From Scyliorhinus canicula (Eukaryota), in the NCBI RefSeq assembly GCF_902713615.1, contig NC_052163.1:109918622-109982621 (forward strand): a DNA stretch of 64,000 nt. Direction: 5' to 3'. The notes under the pieces are model-generated. The model searched no databases. It worked only from the letters and a program-made list of their open reading frames with translations, and was not told the DNA's origin. Both the position numbers and the translations under genes were made by a program. This document shows positions 20,645 through 33,262 of this stretch, piece by piece (within the stretch, counting starts at the first letter, position 1; each line of letters opens with the position of its first letter).

Positions 20645-22760
20645 GGTATTTGTGCCTCTTCGGGTTCCTCAAAGCCTTTGAGGTCCATTCCCAGCGGCCG
20701 GTAATATTAATCTGCATCTCTGTGGATTGATGGATAAGAGTTGGGAGGGGCTAACTGACACTGGTAACCGAGGGGTGAAGCGAAAGCCCAGGTTTGTTAC
20801 GATACAGGTTAAGTGGCCGTACTAGTAGGACATCTCGGTGGCAGTGACACGGTGCTCCCATTTCTCCCCTGTTACTCCAGCTTTGCCTGATGATGATCCA
20901 AGTGTGTCATTTCCAGAATGCAGCCCTCAGTCAGATTGTACCCACTGGCATCTTTGAGACCCTTTCCATGGGGGATGAGGACAGATAGTGATGATCCCTT
21001 TGCATCTGCTTCCACTCAGAGGCACCCTATAGGTATTGTTATGACACCTGATGGCACAGACATCGACAGGGTAATATTCAGAGGTATATTTCCCTTCTGA
21101 TTAATTCTATATTAACCACCTAGTGTTCTGGATATACTTCTCTACCGTCACCAGGTAGATCGTTACAATCATCGTAAGGTCACTCTGTTTACAATCCTGG
21201 ACCACTGGGAATACCTGTGTACATAGAATCATTGAATCCCTACAGTGCAGAAGGAGGCCATTCAGCCCATCGGATCCGTACCAACCCTCTGAAAAAGCAC
21301 TCTACCTAGGCCCACGTCCCTGCCCTCTGCCCGTACCGCCACCTAACCTTTATCACTAAGGGGCAATTTAGCATGGCCAATCCACCTCACCTGCATATCT
21401 TTGGACTGTGGGAGGAAATCGGAACACGCGGAGGAAACCCACGCAGACACGGGGAGAACGTACAAACTCCATACAGACAGTCACCTAAGGTCGGAATCAA
21501 ACCCGCATCCTGGCACTCTGAGGCAGCAGTGTGAACCACTGTGCCATCGTGTCGTTTTCCTTTCCTAATTTATTGTTATTATTTTTTGTAAATAAATTTA
21601 GAGTACCCAATTCATTTTTTCCCATTAAGGGGCAATTTAGCGTGGCCAATCCACCTAGCCTGCACATCTTTGGGTTGTGGGGGCGAAACCCACGCAGACA
21701 CGGGGAGAATGTGCAAACTCGACATGGACAGTGACCCAGGGCCGGGATCGAACCTGTAATCTCGGCGCCGTGAGGTAGCAATGCTAACCACTGCGCCGCC
21801 GTGCTGCCCCTCCTTTTCCCAATTTAAATGCCTGTGTGAGTGCGTTTAACTCTGCCATCTGCCCGATGGTCCTCCCTCCATTCGTCCCTCAGCAACCACC
21901 TCCCCGAATTCAGACCCCACCACCCATCCGGGTGTGAGGTTCCCCGTTCATGTAGCGGCCCGACCCAACTCTAGATTGGAGAATTGTACTGTGACAGGGT
22001 GTCAGGTCCAATGATGCTGAGGATTGGTGAATCACCCTGTGGAAAATATCTGGAATGTTGTGCAAGTCTTACGGAACTCCAGTACACATATAATGTGTCG
22101 TTGCCCCCCCCCCTATAGTAAAGGCGAGTTTCTCTCGTGAGTCGTCTGCCAAGAGGATCAAGCAAAACCCATCCGCTATGTCGAGAACTGTAAAGATTTG
22201 GAGTAGGTTTAAGCCGTTGAAGACTGTCACCCAGTTGGCTGCAATGGGATCTCCATTTGCGGTCACCTGTAGTCTATGGTCAGACAGTATGATCCATCTG
22301 GTTTTGCCACTGGCCACGTAGACAGATTGGTGATTGATACCGCCTCCAGCAGTATTCCCAGCTCCATCGAGCGGCAGAGGATGGTGAGGGCCTCCTACTG
22401 CACTCCTGCTTAATGGGGTCCTGTCAGTGGCCTTCAGTGCAGGCCCGAGTATCACCACACAGGGCCGATGTTCACTCGTCCGCGATCACTTTTCCAGGAT
22501 GCCCACAAGCTCTCTACTGCCTGGCACATTATTGCCCATTGGCTGTCCTGTGTCCAATCCCTTAACTACTTTCATGCTTAACACTTATATCATGTAATTT
22601 ATCACCCGGGATCCGATCTCCATGTGTCTTGATAATCTCTGAATCAGTTTTTCTTTCCCCTCCATCTATTACCATATTCAGTTCACTGACAATATCCATG
22701 TCTAGAATTGTTCCTGCCGGATGATCACAAACCCAAGACTGCGCTGGCAAACGGGTTACC
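20645..22760 (-). mobile_element. Older, heavily degraded LTR-retroelement pol (RT and integrase remnants), interrupted by SINEs; probably continues at 11344-11419
   Basis: IFTVLDIADGF...REKLAFTIGG, YFPQGDSP (RT remnants); EMQINITG-like integrase remnant near 20710. Confidence 0.55.
21224..21810 (-). mobile_element. Two adjacent V-SINEs (about 21224-21550 and 21585-21810)
   Basis: Both carry the GGCAATTTAGC.TGGCCAATCCACCT central domain and reverse tRNA-like heads. Confidence 0.85.
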
Positions 22761-22805
22761 TAGACCAGCCCACTCTCTCACTGGCCCCGCCCCTTTCTCT
22801 GGCCC

Positions 22806-23815
22806 ATAAGACCACTCGGCCTATCGCGTCTGCTCCGTCATTCAATCATGGCTGATATTTTTCTCATCCCCATTCTCCTGCCTTCTCCCCACAACCCCTG
22901 ATCCCCTTATTAATCAAGAACCTATCTATCTCTGTCTTAAAGACACTCAGTGGTTTTGCCTCCACAGCCTTCTGCGGCAAAGAGTTCCACAGATTCACCA
23001 CCCTCTGGCTGAAGAAATTCCTCCTCATCTCTGTTTTAAAGGATCGTCCCTTTAGTCTGAGATTATGTCCTCTGCTTCTAGTTTTTCCTACAAGTGGAAA
23101 CATCCTCCCCACGCCCACTCTATCCAGGCCTCGTAGTATCTTGTAAATTTTAATAAGATCAGGCAGCACTGTGGCGCAGTGGTTAGCACTGCTGCCTCAC
23201 GGCACCGAGGACCCAGGTTAGATTCCGGCTCTTGGTCGGTGTCCGTGTGGAGTTTGCACATTCTCCCCGTGTTTGCGTGGGTTTGGCCCCCACAACCCAA
23301 AGATGTGCAGGGTAGGTGGATTGGCCACGCTAAATTGCCCCTTAATTGGAAAAAATGACCCTCATCCTTCTAAACACCAATGAGTACAGACCCAGAGTCT
23401 TCAACTATTCCTCATACGACAAGCTCCTCTTCATTCCGCGGATCAGTCTTGTGAACCTCCTCTGGACCATTTCTAAGGCCAGCACATCCTTCCTTAGATA
23501 GGGGGTCCAAAACGCTTCACAATACTCCAAATGGGGTCTGACAAGAGCCTTATACAGCCTCAGAGGTACATCACTGCTCTTGTATTCTAGCCCTCTCGAC
23601 TTGAATGCTAAATTTGCATTTGCCTTCCTAACTGCCTACTGAGCCCGCACAGTAACCTTAAGAGAACCTTGAACAAGGAAATCCAAGTCCCCTGGTGCTT
23701 CTGATTTCCTAAGCATTTCCCCATTTAGAAAACAGTCTATGCCTAAATTCCTCCTTCCAAAGTGTATAACCTCACATTCTTCCACATTGTATTCCATCTG
23801 CCACTTCTTTGCCCA
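22806..23815 (-). mobile_element. 5'-truncated CR1 (RT C-terminus + 3' end) with nested SINE at about 23161-23357
   Basis: WAKKWQMEYNVEECEVIHFG, RGHNLRLKGRSFKTEMRRNFFSQRVV. Confidence 0.85.
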
Positions 23816-25460
23816 CTCTTTCAATGATCCCACCCCTTCTCTGGACCAGCCCACTCTCTCAATGACCCCGCCCCTTCTCTGGACCAGCCCATTCACTCAC
23901 TGACCCTGCCCCTTTCTCTGGACATGGCAACTCTCTTACTGGCCCTACCCCTCTCCCTGGACCAGCCCACTCTCTCACTGGCCCTGTCCCATTACCTGGA
24001 CCAGCCCACTCTCTCACTGGCTCTGTCCCATTACCTGGACCAGCCCACTCTCTCACTGGCCCCGCCCCTTTCTCTGGACCAGCCCACTCTCTCAATGACC
24101 CCGCCCCTTTCTCTGGACCAGCCCACTCTCTCACTGGCCCCGCCCCTTTCTCTGGACCAGCCCACTCTCTCACTGGCCCTGCCCCTTTCCCTGGACCAGC
24201 CCACTCTCTCAATTACCCCGCCCCTTTCTCTGGACTAGCCCATTCTCTCACTGGCCCTGCCCCCTTCTCTGGACCAGCCCACTCTCTCACTGGCCCTGTC
24301 CCATTACCTGGACCAGCCCACTCTCTCAATGACCCCGCCCCTTTCTCTGGACCAGCCCACTCTCTCACTGACCCCGCCCCTTTCTCTGGACTAACCCACT
24401 CTCTCACTGGCCCTGCCCCTTTCCCTGGACCAGCCCACTCTCTCACTGGCCCTGTCCCATTACCTGGACCAGCCCACTCTCTCAATGACCCCACCCCTTT
24501 CTCTGGACCAGCCCACTCTCTCAATGACCCCACCCCTTTCTCTGGACCAGCCCACTCTCTCAATGACCCCACCCCTTTCTCTGGACCAGCCCACTCTCTC
24601 AATGACCCCACCCCTTTCCCTGGACCAGCCCACTCTCTCAATGACCCCACCCCTTTCTCTGGACCAGCCCACGTCTCACTGGCCCTGCCCCTTTCCCTGG
24701 ACCATCCCACTCTCGCAATGACCCGCGCCTTTCTCTGGACTAGCCCACTCTCTCAGTGGCCCTGCCCCTTTCCCTGGACGAGCCCACTCTCTCACTGGCC
24801 CCGCCCCTATCTCTGGACCAACCCACTCTCTCACTGGCCCTGCCCCTTTCCCTGGGCCAGCCCACTCTCTCAATGACCCCACCCCTTTCTCTGGACCAGC
24901 CCACTCTCTCAATGACCCCGCCCCTTTCTCTGTACTAACCCACTCTCTCACTGGCCCTGCCCCTTTCTCTGGACCAGCCCACTCTCTCACTGGCCCTGTC
25001 CCTTTACATTGACCAACCCATTCTCTCAATGACCCCGCCCCTTTCTCTGGACCAGCCCACTCTCTCACTGACCCCGCCCCTTTCTCTGGACCAGCCCACT
25101 CTCTCACTGACCCTGTCCCTTTCTCTGGACCAGCCCACTCTCTCACTGGCCCTGCCCCCTTTCCCTGGACCAGCCTACTCTCTCAATTATCCCGCCCCTT
25201 TCTCTGGACTAGCCCATTCTCTCACTGGCCCTGCCCCCTTCTCTGGACCAGCCCACTCTCTCAATGACCCTATCCCATTACTTGGACCAGCCCACTCTCT
25301 CACTGGCCCCACCCCTTTCCCTTGACAGGCCCACTCTCACACTGACCCCATCTCTTTCACTGGACTAGCCCACTCTCACACTGGCCCCGCCCCTTTCACT
25401 GGACCAGCCCACCCTCTCAATGACTCTGTCCCTTTCATGGACCAGCCCACTCTCAATGAA
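23810..25460. repeat. About 39-bp minisatellite (CTGGACCAGCCCACTCTCTCACTGGCCCCGCCCCTTTCT), about 42 copies; further units at about 22765-22803 and 29856-29945
   Basis: Direct tandem periodicity; 13-aa periodic ORFs. Confidence 0.95.
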
Positions 25461-28400
25461 CCATAGAACATAGAACATTACAGCGCAGTACAGGCCCTTC
25501 GGCCCTCGATATTGCACCGACCTGTGAAACCAATCTAAAGCCCATCTACACTACTCCCTTATCGTCCATATGTCTACCCAATGACCATTTGAATGCCCTT
25601 AGTGTTGGCGAGTCCACTACTGTTGCACGCAGGGCATTCCATGCCCTTACTACTCTCTGAGTAAAGAACCTACCTCTGACATCTGTCCTATATCTATCTC
25701 CCCTCAATTTAAAGCTATGTCCCCTCGTGCTAGACATCACAATCCGAGGAAAAAGGCTCTCACTGTCCACCCTATCATCTTGTATGCCTCAATTAAGTCA
25801 CCTCTTAACCTTCTTCAGCCTCAAGTCCCTCAGCCTTCCCTCATAAGATCTTCCCTCCATACCAGGCAACATTCTGGTAAATCTCCTCTGCACCCTTTCC
25901 AATGCTTCCACATTCTTCCGATAATGCGGCGACTAGAATTGCACGCAATACTCCAAATGCGGCCGCACCAGAGTTTTGTACAGCTGTAACATGACCTCAT
26001 GGCTCTGAAACTCAATCCCTCTACCAATGGAAGTTAACACACCGTACGCCTTCTTAACAACCCTCTCAACCTGGGTGGCAACTTTCAGGGATACATGGAC
26101 ACCAAGATTTCTCTGCTCATCCACACTACCAAGAATCTTCCCATTAGCCCAGTACTCTGTATTCCTGTTGTTCCTTCCAAAATGAATCACCTCACACTTT
26201 TCTGCATTAAACTCCATTTGCCACCTCTCAGCCCAGCGCTGCAGCTTATCTATGTCCCTCTGTAACTTGTAACATCCTTCCGCACTCTCCACAACTCACC
26301 GACTTTAGTGTCATCTGCAAATTTACTCACCCATGCTTCTACGCCCTCCCCCAGGTCATTTATAAAAATGACAAACAACAGTGGCCCCAAAACAGATCCT
26401 TGTGGTACACCACTAGTAACTGGACTCCAGTCTGAACATTTCCCATCAACCACCACCCTTTGTCTTCTTCCAGCTAGCCAATTTCTGATCCAAACTGCTA
26501 AATCACCCTGAATCCCATGCCTCCGTATTTTCTGCAATAGCCTACCGTGGGGAACCTTATCAAACGATTTACTGAAATCCATATACACCACATCAACTGC
26601 TTTACCCTCATCCACCTGTTTGGTCATCTTCTCAAAGAACTCAATAAGGTTTGTGAGGCACGACCTACCCTTCACAAAACCGTGTTGACTATCTCTAATC
26701 AAATTATTCCTTTCCAGGTGATTATATATCCTATCTCTTATAAACCTTTCCAAGATTTTGCCCACAACAGAAGTAAGGCTCACTGGTCTATAGTTACCGG
26801 GGTTGTCTCTACTCCCTTTCTTGAACAAGGGGACAACATTTGCTATCCTCCAGTCTTCTGGCACTATTCCTGTAGACAAAGATGACTTAAAGATCAAAGC
26901 CAGAGGCTCAGCAATCTCCTCCCTAACTTCCCAGAGAATCCTAGGATAAATCCCATCCAGCCCAGGGGACTTATCTGTTTCACACTTTCCAGAATTGCTA
27001 ACACCTCCTCCTTATGAACCTCAAGCCCTTCTAGTCTAGTAGCCTGTATCTCAGTATTCTCCTCGACAACATTGTCTTTTTCCTGTGTGAATACTGACGA
27101 AAAATATTCATTTAACACCTCTCCTATCTCCTCGGACTCCACGCACAACTTCCCACTACTGTCCTTGACTGGCCCTACTCTTAGCCTAGTCATTCTTTTA
27201 TTCCTGACATATCTATAGAAAGCTTTAGGGTTATCGTTGATTCTACCTGCCAAAGACTTCTCATGTCCCCTCCTAGCTCTTCTTAGCTCTCTCTTTAGGT
27301 CTTTCCCCGCTAACTTGTAACTCTCGAGCACCCTAACTGAACCTTCACGTCTCATCTTTACATAAGCCTCCTTCCTCTTGACAAGTGTTTCAACTGCTTT
27401 AGTAAACTACAGTTCCCTCGCTCGACCACTTCTTCCCTGCCTGACAGGTACATACTTAACAAGGACACGCAGTAGCTGTTCCTTGAACAAGCTCCACATT
27501 TCCATTGTGCCCACCCCCTGCAGTGTTCCTCTCCATCCCATGCATCCTAAATCTTGTCTCATCGCATCATAATTGCCTTTCCCCCAGATATAACTCTTGC
27601 CCTGTGGTATATACCTATCCCTTTCCATCACTAAAGTAAACGGAATCTAATTGTGGTCACTATCACCAAAGTGCTCACCTACCTCCAAAGCTAACACCTG
27701 TCCTGGTTCATTACCCAGTACCAAATCCAATATAGCCTCGCCTCTCGTTGGCCTATCTACATACTGTGTCAGGAAACCCTCCTGCACACTTTGGACAAAA
27801 ACGGACCCATCTAAAGTACTCGAACTATAGCGTTTCCAGTCAATATTTGAAAGTTAAAGTCCCCCATAACAACTACCCTGTTGCTTTCGCTCCTATCCAG
27901 AATCACCTTTGCAATCCTTTCCTCTACATCTCTGGAACTTTTCGGAGGCCTATAGAAAACCCCGAACAGGGTGACCTCTCCTTTCCTGTTTCTAACCTCA
28001 GCCCATACTACCTCAGTAGACGAGTCCTCATCAAACTTGCTTTCTGCCACTGTAATACTGTCCTTGACTAACAATGCCACCCCTCCCCCTCTTTTACCAC
28101 CTTCCCTGAGCTTACTGAAATATCTAAACCCAGGCACTTGCAACGACTATTCCTGTCCCTGCTCTATCCATGTCTCCGAAATGGCCACAACATCGAAGTC
28201 CCAGGTACCAACCCATGCCGCAAGTTCACCCACCTTATTCCGAATGCTCCTGGCATTGAAGAAGACATAATTTAAACCACCTTCCTGCCTGCCAGTACAC
28301 TCCTGCAACTTTGAAACCTTACTCATGACCTCACTACTCTCAACCTCCTGTATACTGGAGCTACAATTCAGGTTCCCAATCCCCTGCTGAACTAGTTTAA

Positions 28401-29850
28401 ACCCTCCCGAAGAGCATTAGCAAATTTCCCCCCCAGGATATTGATACCCCTCTGGTCCTGGTGTAGACCATCCCGTTTGTAGAGGACCCACCAACCCCAG
28501 AATGAGCCCCAATTATCCAGGAATCTGAAACCCTCCCTCCTGTACCATCCCTGTAGCCACGTGTTCAACTGTTCTCTCTCCCTATTCCTCGTCTCGCTGG
28601 CATGGGTAACAACCCAGAGATAATTACTCTGTCCTAGATCTAAGTTTCCACCCTAGCTCCCTGAATTCCTGCCTTACATCCCTATCCCTTTTCCTACCTA
28701 TGTCGTTGGTACCTATGTGGACCACGACTTGGGGTTGCTCCCCCTCCCCTTTAAGGATCCCGAAAACACGATCCGAGACATCACGGACCCTGGCACCTGG
28801 GAGGCAACACACCAACCGCGAATCTCTCTCGTTCCCACAGAATCTCCTATCTATCCCCCTAACTATGGAGTCTCCAATGACTAATGCTTTAACTCCTCTC
28901 CCCTTTCCCTTCTGAGCAACAGGGACAGACTCTGTGCCAGAGACCTGTACCCCATGGCTTACCCCTGGTAAGCCCCCCCCCCAACCAGTATCCAAAGCGG
29001 TATACTTGTTACTAAGGGGTACGACCACAGGGGATCCCTGTACTGACTGCTTCCTCCCAGCCCCTCTCACCGACACCAATCTATTTTTATTCTTCGGAGT
29101 AACTACATCCCTGAAGCTTCCATCTATGACCACCTCTGCCTCCCGAATGATCCGAAGTTCACCCAGCTCCAGCTCCAGTTCCCTAACGCGGTTTCTGAGG
29201 AGCTGGAGATGGGTGCACTTCCCACAGGTTAAATCAGTAGGGACACTGACGGCGTCCCTCACCTCAAACATTCTGCAGGAGGAACATTGTACTGCCTTCC
29301 CTGCCATCCCCTCTAGATAAAAAAAAGAAAAAGAAAGAAAGAGCTTACCTGTTATTCACTCTACCCCTTAGGTTAAAGGAGGTGGAAGGGTGGGGGGCAC
29401 TACAAGTGTAGTGTGTAGGGTTTAGGAATGCCCAACTTAAATACAGGTAAAAATAAAACACTTAACCAGCAACCACTGCGCCCCACACAAGAACAGCAAT
29501 CAGCTGTTATGGGCCCGTGCAAACAATTTAAATCTTTACTACTTACCCAGCAGTCACTCTGTCCTCACTCCGACCGGATTCAGCTGGAAACTCCTAAAGT
29601 AAGTTTTTTAAAAATTTACTCCCCTTCTCAGCAAGCACACACTCAGCAACCACTGCGGCCCGCACGATAACACCTCAGGGAAAAGACAAACTACTTACCA
29701 GTCAATCACTTACCTGCAGGCTGTGACGTCACGGTTCAACTTCTTTCTACTTCTACCTGCCCTCGCGCCTTCCTCTTGATCTTAACTCGGCTGGGATCCT
29801 TACAGGTTGTTTTTTTTGGTTAGAGGAGGAGGGTAGGGAGGGAAACACCT
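25455..29850 (-). mobile_element. Essentially full-length CR1/HER1 LINE (5'UTR, ORF1 from 29307, frameshifted ORF2, (TTCTATG)n tail near 25460)
   Basis: ORF1 CSSCRMF...CGKC...VIGDSIVRG...HIGTND; ORF2 fragments EN through RT; same family as 13216-17259. Confidence 0.93.
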
Positions 29851-29989
29851 TCCTCCCGCCCCTTTCTCTGGACCGACCCACTCTCTCAATGACCCCGTCA
29901 CTTTCCCTGGACCAGCCCACTCTCACTGGCCCAGCCCCTTTCTCTAACCCTAACCCAGCTTTCATGATCCTGTCTTCCGCTCTTGCACC

Positions 29990-30403
29990 ACCCCGGGCCC
30001 TGCCTTTGCAGTTGACCCCGCCTCTGTTGGCCCCGCCTCCCAGGTTTGGCCCCTCCCTGGGGCCCACCCCTCTGATTGGCCCTGCCCCGGGCACCGCCTC
30101 CTGGGTTTGGCCCCGCCCTGGGCCCCATTCCTCTGATTGGCCCCGCCCCAGGCCCCACCCTGTTTGGCCCCACCCCCAGGCCCCGCCTCCAAGTTTGGCC
30201 CCGCCCCAGGCCCGCCTCCCGGGTTTGGCCCCGCCCCGGGCCCCACTTCTCGGTTTGGCCCCGCATTAGGCCACACCCCTTTGGTCCCGCCCCGGGCCCC
30301 GCCTCTCAGATTGGCCCCGCCCCTGGCCCCGCCTCCTGGGTTTGGCCCCGCCCCGGCCCCACCCCTCTGATTGGCCTCCCGGGTTGGCCCCGCCCCCGCT
30401 AAG
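29990..30403 (+). promoter_or_regulatory. KLHL26 CpG-rich promoter made of reiterated GC boxes and inverted CCAAT boxes
   Basis: Many CCCCGCCC/CCCCGCCTC motifs; GATTGG with ATTGG at 30075, 30136, 30310 and 30370; directly upstream of AAGATGGC (YY1-like) start context. Confidence 0.75.
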
Positions 30404-30450
30404 ATGGCCGAGCCAGGTGGCGGTGAGTTCTCTCCGGAGCTGCAGAGCAG
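30404..30450 (+). CDS. KLHL26: KLHL26 exon 1 (MAEPGGGEFSPELQS-R)
   Basis: ATG in AAGATGG context; donor AG|GTAAAG at 30451; phase 2 joins exon 2 in frame; resembles the human N-terminus MAESGG...PERPNS. Confidence 0.85.
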
Positions 30451-30579
30451 GTAAAGGGGAGCGCGAGCGGCAAGACTCCGACCCGCCGCCGGTTCCGCGC
30501 CTGGGAAACATCGGGGGCCTCGTCTCGGGAAGGCCGAGATCACAGACCGTGTAGGGCCCGAGGGGGAGGGGACGGGACG

Positions 30580-32170
30580 ATGAGGGGATCGTTGGGGGCG
30601 AGAGGGGATCGTTGGGGGCGAGAGGGGATCGTTGGGGGGGGGGGGGGGGGGTGAGAGGGGATCGTTGGGGGGGGGGTGAGAGGGGATCGTTGGGGGGGGG
30701 GGTGAGAGGGGATCGTTGGGGGGGGGGTGAGAGGGGATCGTTGGGGGGGGGGTGAGAGGGGATCGTTGGGGGGGGGGGGTGAGAGGGGATCGTTGGGGGG
30801 GGTGAGAGGGGATCGTTGGGGGGGGGGGGTGAGAGGGGATCGTTGGGGGGGGGGTGAGAGGGGATCGTTGGGGGGGGTGAGAGGGGATCGTTGGGGGGGT
30901 GAGGGGATCGTTGGAGGGGGGGTGAGGGGATCGTTGGAGGGGGGGGTGAGGGGATCGTTGGAGGGGGGGGTGAGGGGATCGTTGGAGGGGGGGGTGAGGG
31001 GATCGTTGGAGGGGGGGTGAGGGGATCGTTGGAGGGGGGGGGTGAGAGGGGATCGTTGGAGGGGGGGGGGTGAGAGGGGATCGTTGGGGGGGGTGAGAGG
31101 GGATCGTTGGGGGGGGTGAGAGGGATCGTTGGGGGGGNNNNNNNNNNNNNNNNNNNNNNNNNNNNNNNNNNNNNNNNNNNNNNNNNNNNNNNNNNNNNNN
31201 NNNNNNNNNNNNNNNNNNNNNNNNNNNNNNNNNNNNNGTGAGGGGATCGTTGGGGGTGAATGGGGACCGTTGGGGGGTGAGGGGACCGTTGGGGGGGTGA
31301 GTGGATCGTTGGGGGGGGTGAGTGGATCGTTGGGGGGGGTGAGTGGATCGTTGGGGGGGGTGAGTGGATCGTTGGGGGGGGTGAGGGGATCGTGGGGGGG
31401 GTGAGGGGATCGTTGGGGGTGAATGGGGACCGTTGGGGGGGTGAGGGGACCGTTGGGGGGGTGAGGGGACCGTTGGGAGGGTGAGGGCACCGTTGGGGGG
31501 GTGAGGGATCGTTGGGGCGAGAGGGGATCGTTGGGGGATGAGAGGGGATCGTTGGGGGATGAGAGGGGATCGTTGGGGGATGAGAGGGGATCGTTGGGGG
31601 ATGAGAGGGGATCGTTGGGGGATGAGAGGGGATTGTTGGGGGATGAGAGGGGATTGTTGGGGGCAAGAGGGGATCGTTGGGGGTGAGGGGATCGTTGGGG
31701 GTGAGGGGATCGTTGGGGGCGAGAGGGGATCGTTGGGGGGGAGAGGGGATCGTTGGGGGGTGAGGGGATCGTTGGGGGGTGAGGGGATCGTTGGGGGTGA
31801 GGGGATCGTTGGGGGGTGAGGGGATCGTTGGGGGGCGAGAGGGGATCGTTGGGGGCAAGAGGGGATCGTTGGGGGATGAGGGGGATCGTTGGGGGTGAGG
31901 GGATCGTTGGGGGGGTGAGGGGATCGTTGGGGGGGGTGAGGGGATCGTTGGGGGGGTGAGGGGATTGTGGGGGGGTGAGGGGATCGTGGGGGGGTGAGGG
32001 GATCGTGGGGGGGTGAGGGGATCGTTGGGGGAGTGAGGGGATCGTTGGGGGAGTGAGGGGATCGTTGGAGGAGTGAGGGGATCGTTGTGGGGGGTGAGGG
32101 GATCGTTGTGGGGGTGAGGGGATCGTTGTGGGGGTGAGGGGATCGTTGGGGGCGAGATGGGCTCGTTGGG
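30580..32170. repeat. G-rich ~17-22-bp minisatellite (GTGAGAGGGGATCGTTG(n)) in KLHL26 intron 1
   Basis: Direct periodicity with variable G-run length; decays into G-rich sequence to about 32800. Confidence 0.95.
31138..31237. other. Assembly gap (100 N)
   Basis: Run of N inside the G-rich array; true array length unknown. Confidence 0.99.
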
Positions 32171-33079
32171 GGGTGAGGGGGATTGGGGAGGAACGAGAAG
32201 GGACCAAGAGGGTTGGGGGGGACGAGAGGGGATCTTTGGTTGGGGGGGGGGGGGGGGTGGCGGCGAGGGGGGACCGTTGCGGGTGACGAGGGGGGACCGT
32301 TTGCGGGGAACAAGAAGGGATCGTTGCCTCGGAGTGGGGGGTTGAAAGAGGTGGGGTGTTGGGGAGGAACGAGAAGGGACCAAGAAGGTGGGGGGGGGGG
32401 GGAGCGAGATGGGATCTTTGGGGGGCGACGAGAGAGGATCTTTCGGGGGGGACGAGTGGGGTATGTTGCGGGAACAAGAGGGGATTGTTGGGGGGATGAG
32501 AGGGGCTCGTTAGGGACGAGAAGGGTGCTGGGGCGGACATGAGGTGTGGTGGGGATGGTCAACAGTGGTGGGGAGAACGAGTTGGGTGGGGGACAAGAGG
32601 GTTGGAGAGAATGAGAACGGGGGTTAAAGGGGTGGGGATTGGGGAGAAACAACGGGGGAACGAGAGCGATGGGGGATTGGAGGGGAACGAGAGCGATGGG
32701 GGATTGGAGGGGAACGAGAGAGGATTGGTAGGGTGGGATGAGATTCTTGGGGAAACAAGAGACGATTGTTGGGGGGAAAAGAGGGCTGGGGGCTGAGAGA
32801 GTTGGGGCGAGCGAGAGGGGTGGGATGGATGAAAGGGGTGCGGGGTTGGTTGGGACGCCATCCCCCGCACCGATCGTACCCCCACACCGGGCCCCCCCCC
32901 ACCCTCTGCACCCTGTGCCACCCCCCACCCTCTGCATCGCGTGCCCCCCACCCTCCTCTGCACCCGTGTCCCCCACCCTCCTCTGCACCGCTCGCCCCCG
33001 CTCTAATCCCTCCCGACTCTCCCTTGTCAGCTATTTAACTCAATTTATAATCTACCTGCTTGCCCCTTGTCCTGCGCAG

Positions 33080-33262
33080 AATGGCTGATAAGAGCATTGC
33101 CCTGCGTCACACATTTTCAGCACCAGGGCATAGTGCCACTCTCCTCCGCGGCCTGGCAGTGCTTCGAGCTCGCGAGCAACTATTGGATGTGGTGCTGATG
33201 GTGAACACTGTGATATTCCGGGTTCATCGAGCCGTGCTGGCTGCCTGCAGTGACTATTTTCG
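33080..33262 (+). CDS. KLHL26: KLHL26 exon 2 (BTB domain N-terminal part)
   Basis: Acceptor GCAG|A, donor CG|GTGAGT; MADKSIALRHTFSAPGHSATLLRGLAVLRAREQLLDVVL...HRAVLAACSDYFR. Confidence 0.95.

Noticed and set aside
29962-32988. 1008/705/666-aa proline-rich (extensin-like) ORFs
   Set aside because: Antisense reading of the G-rich intron-1 minisatellite, spanning an N gap
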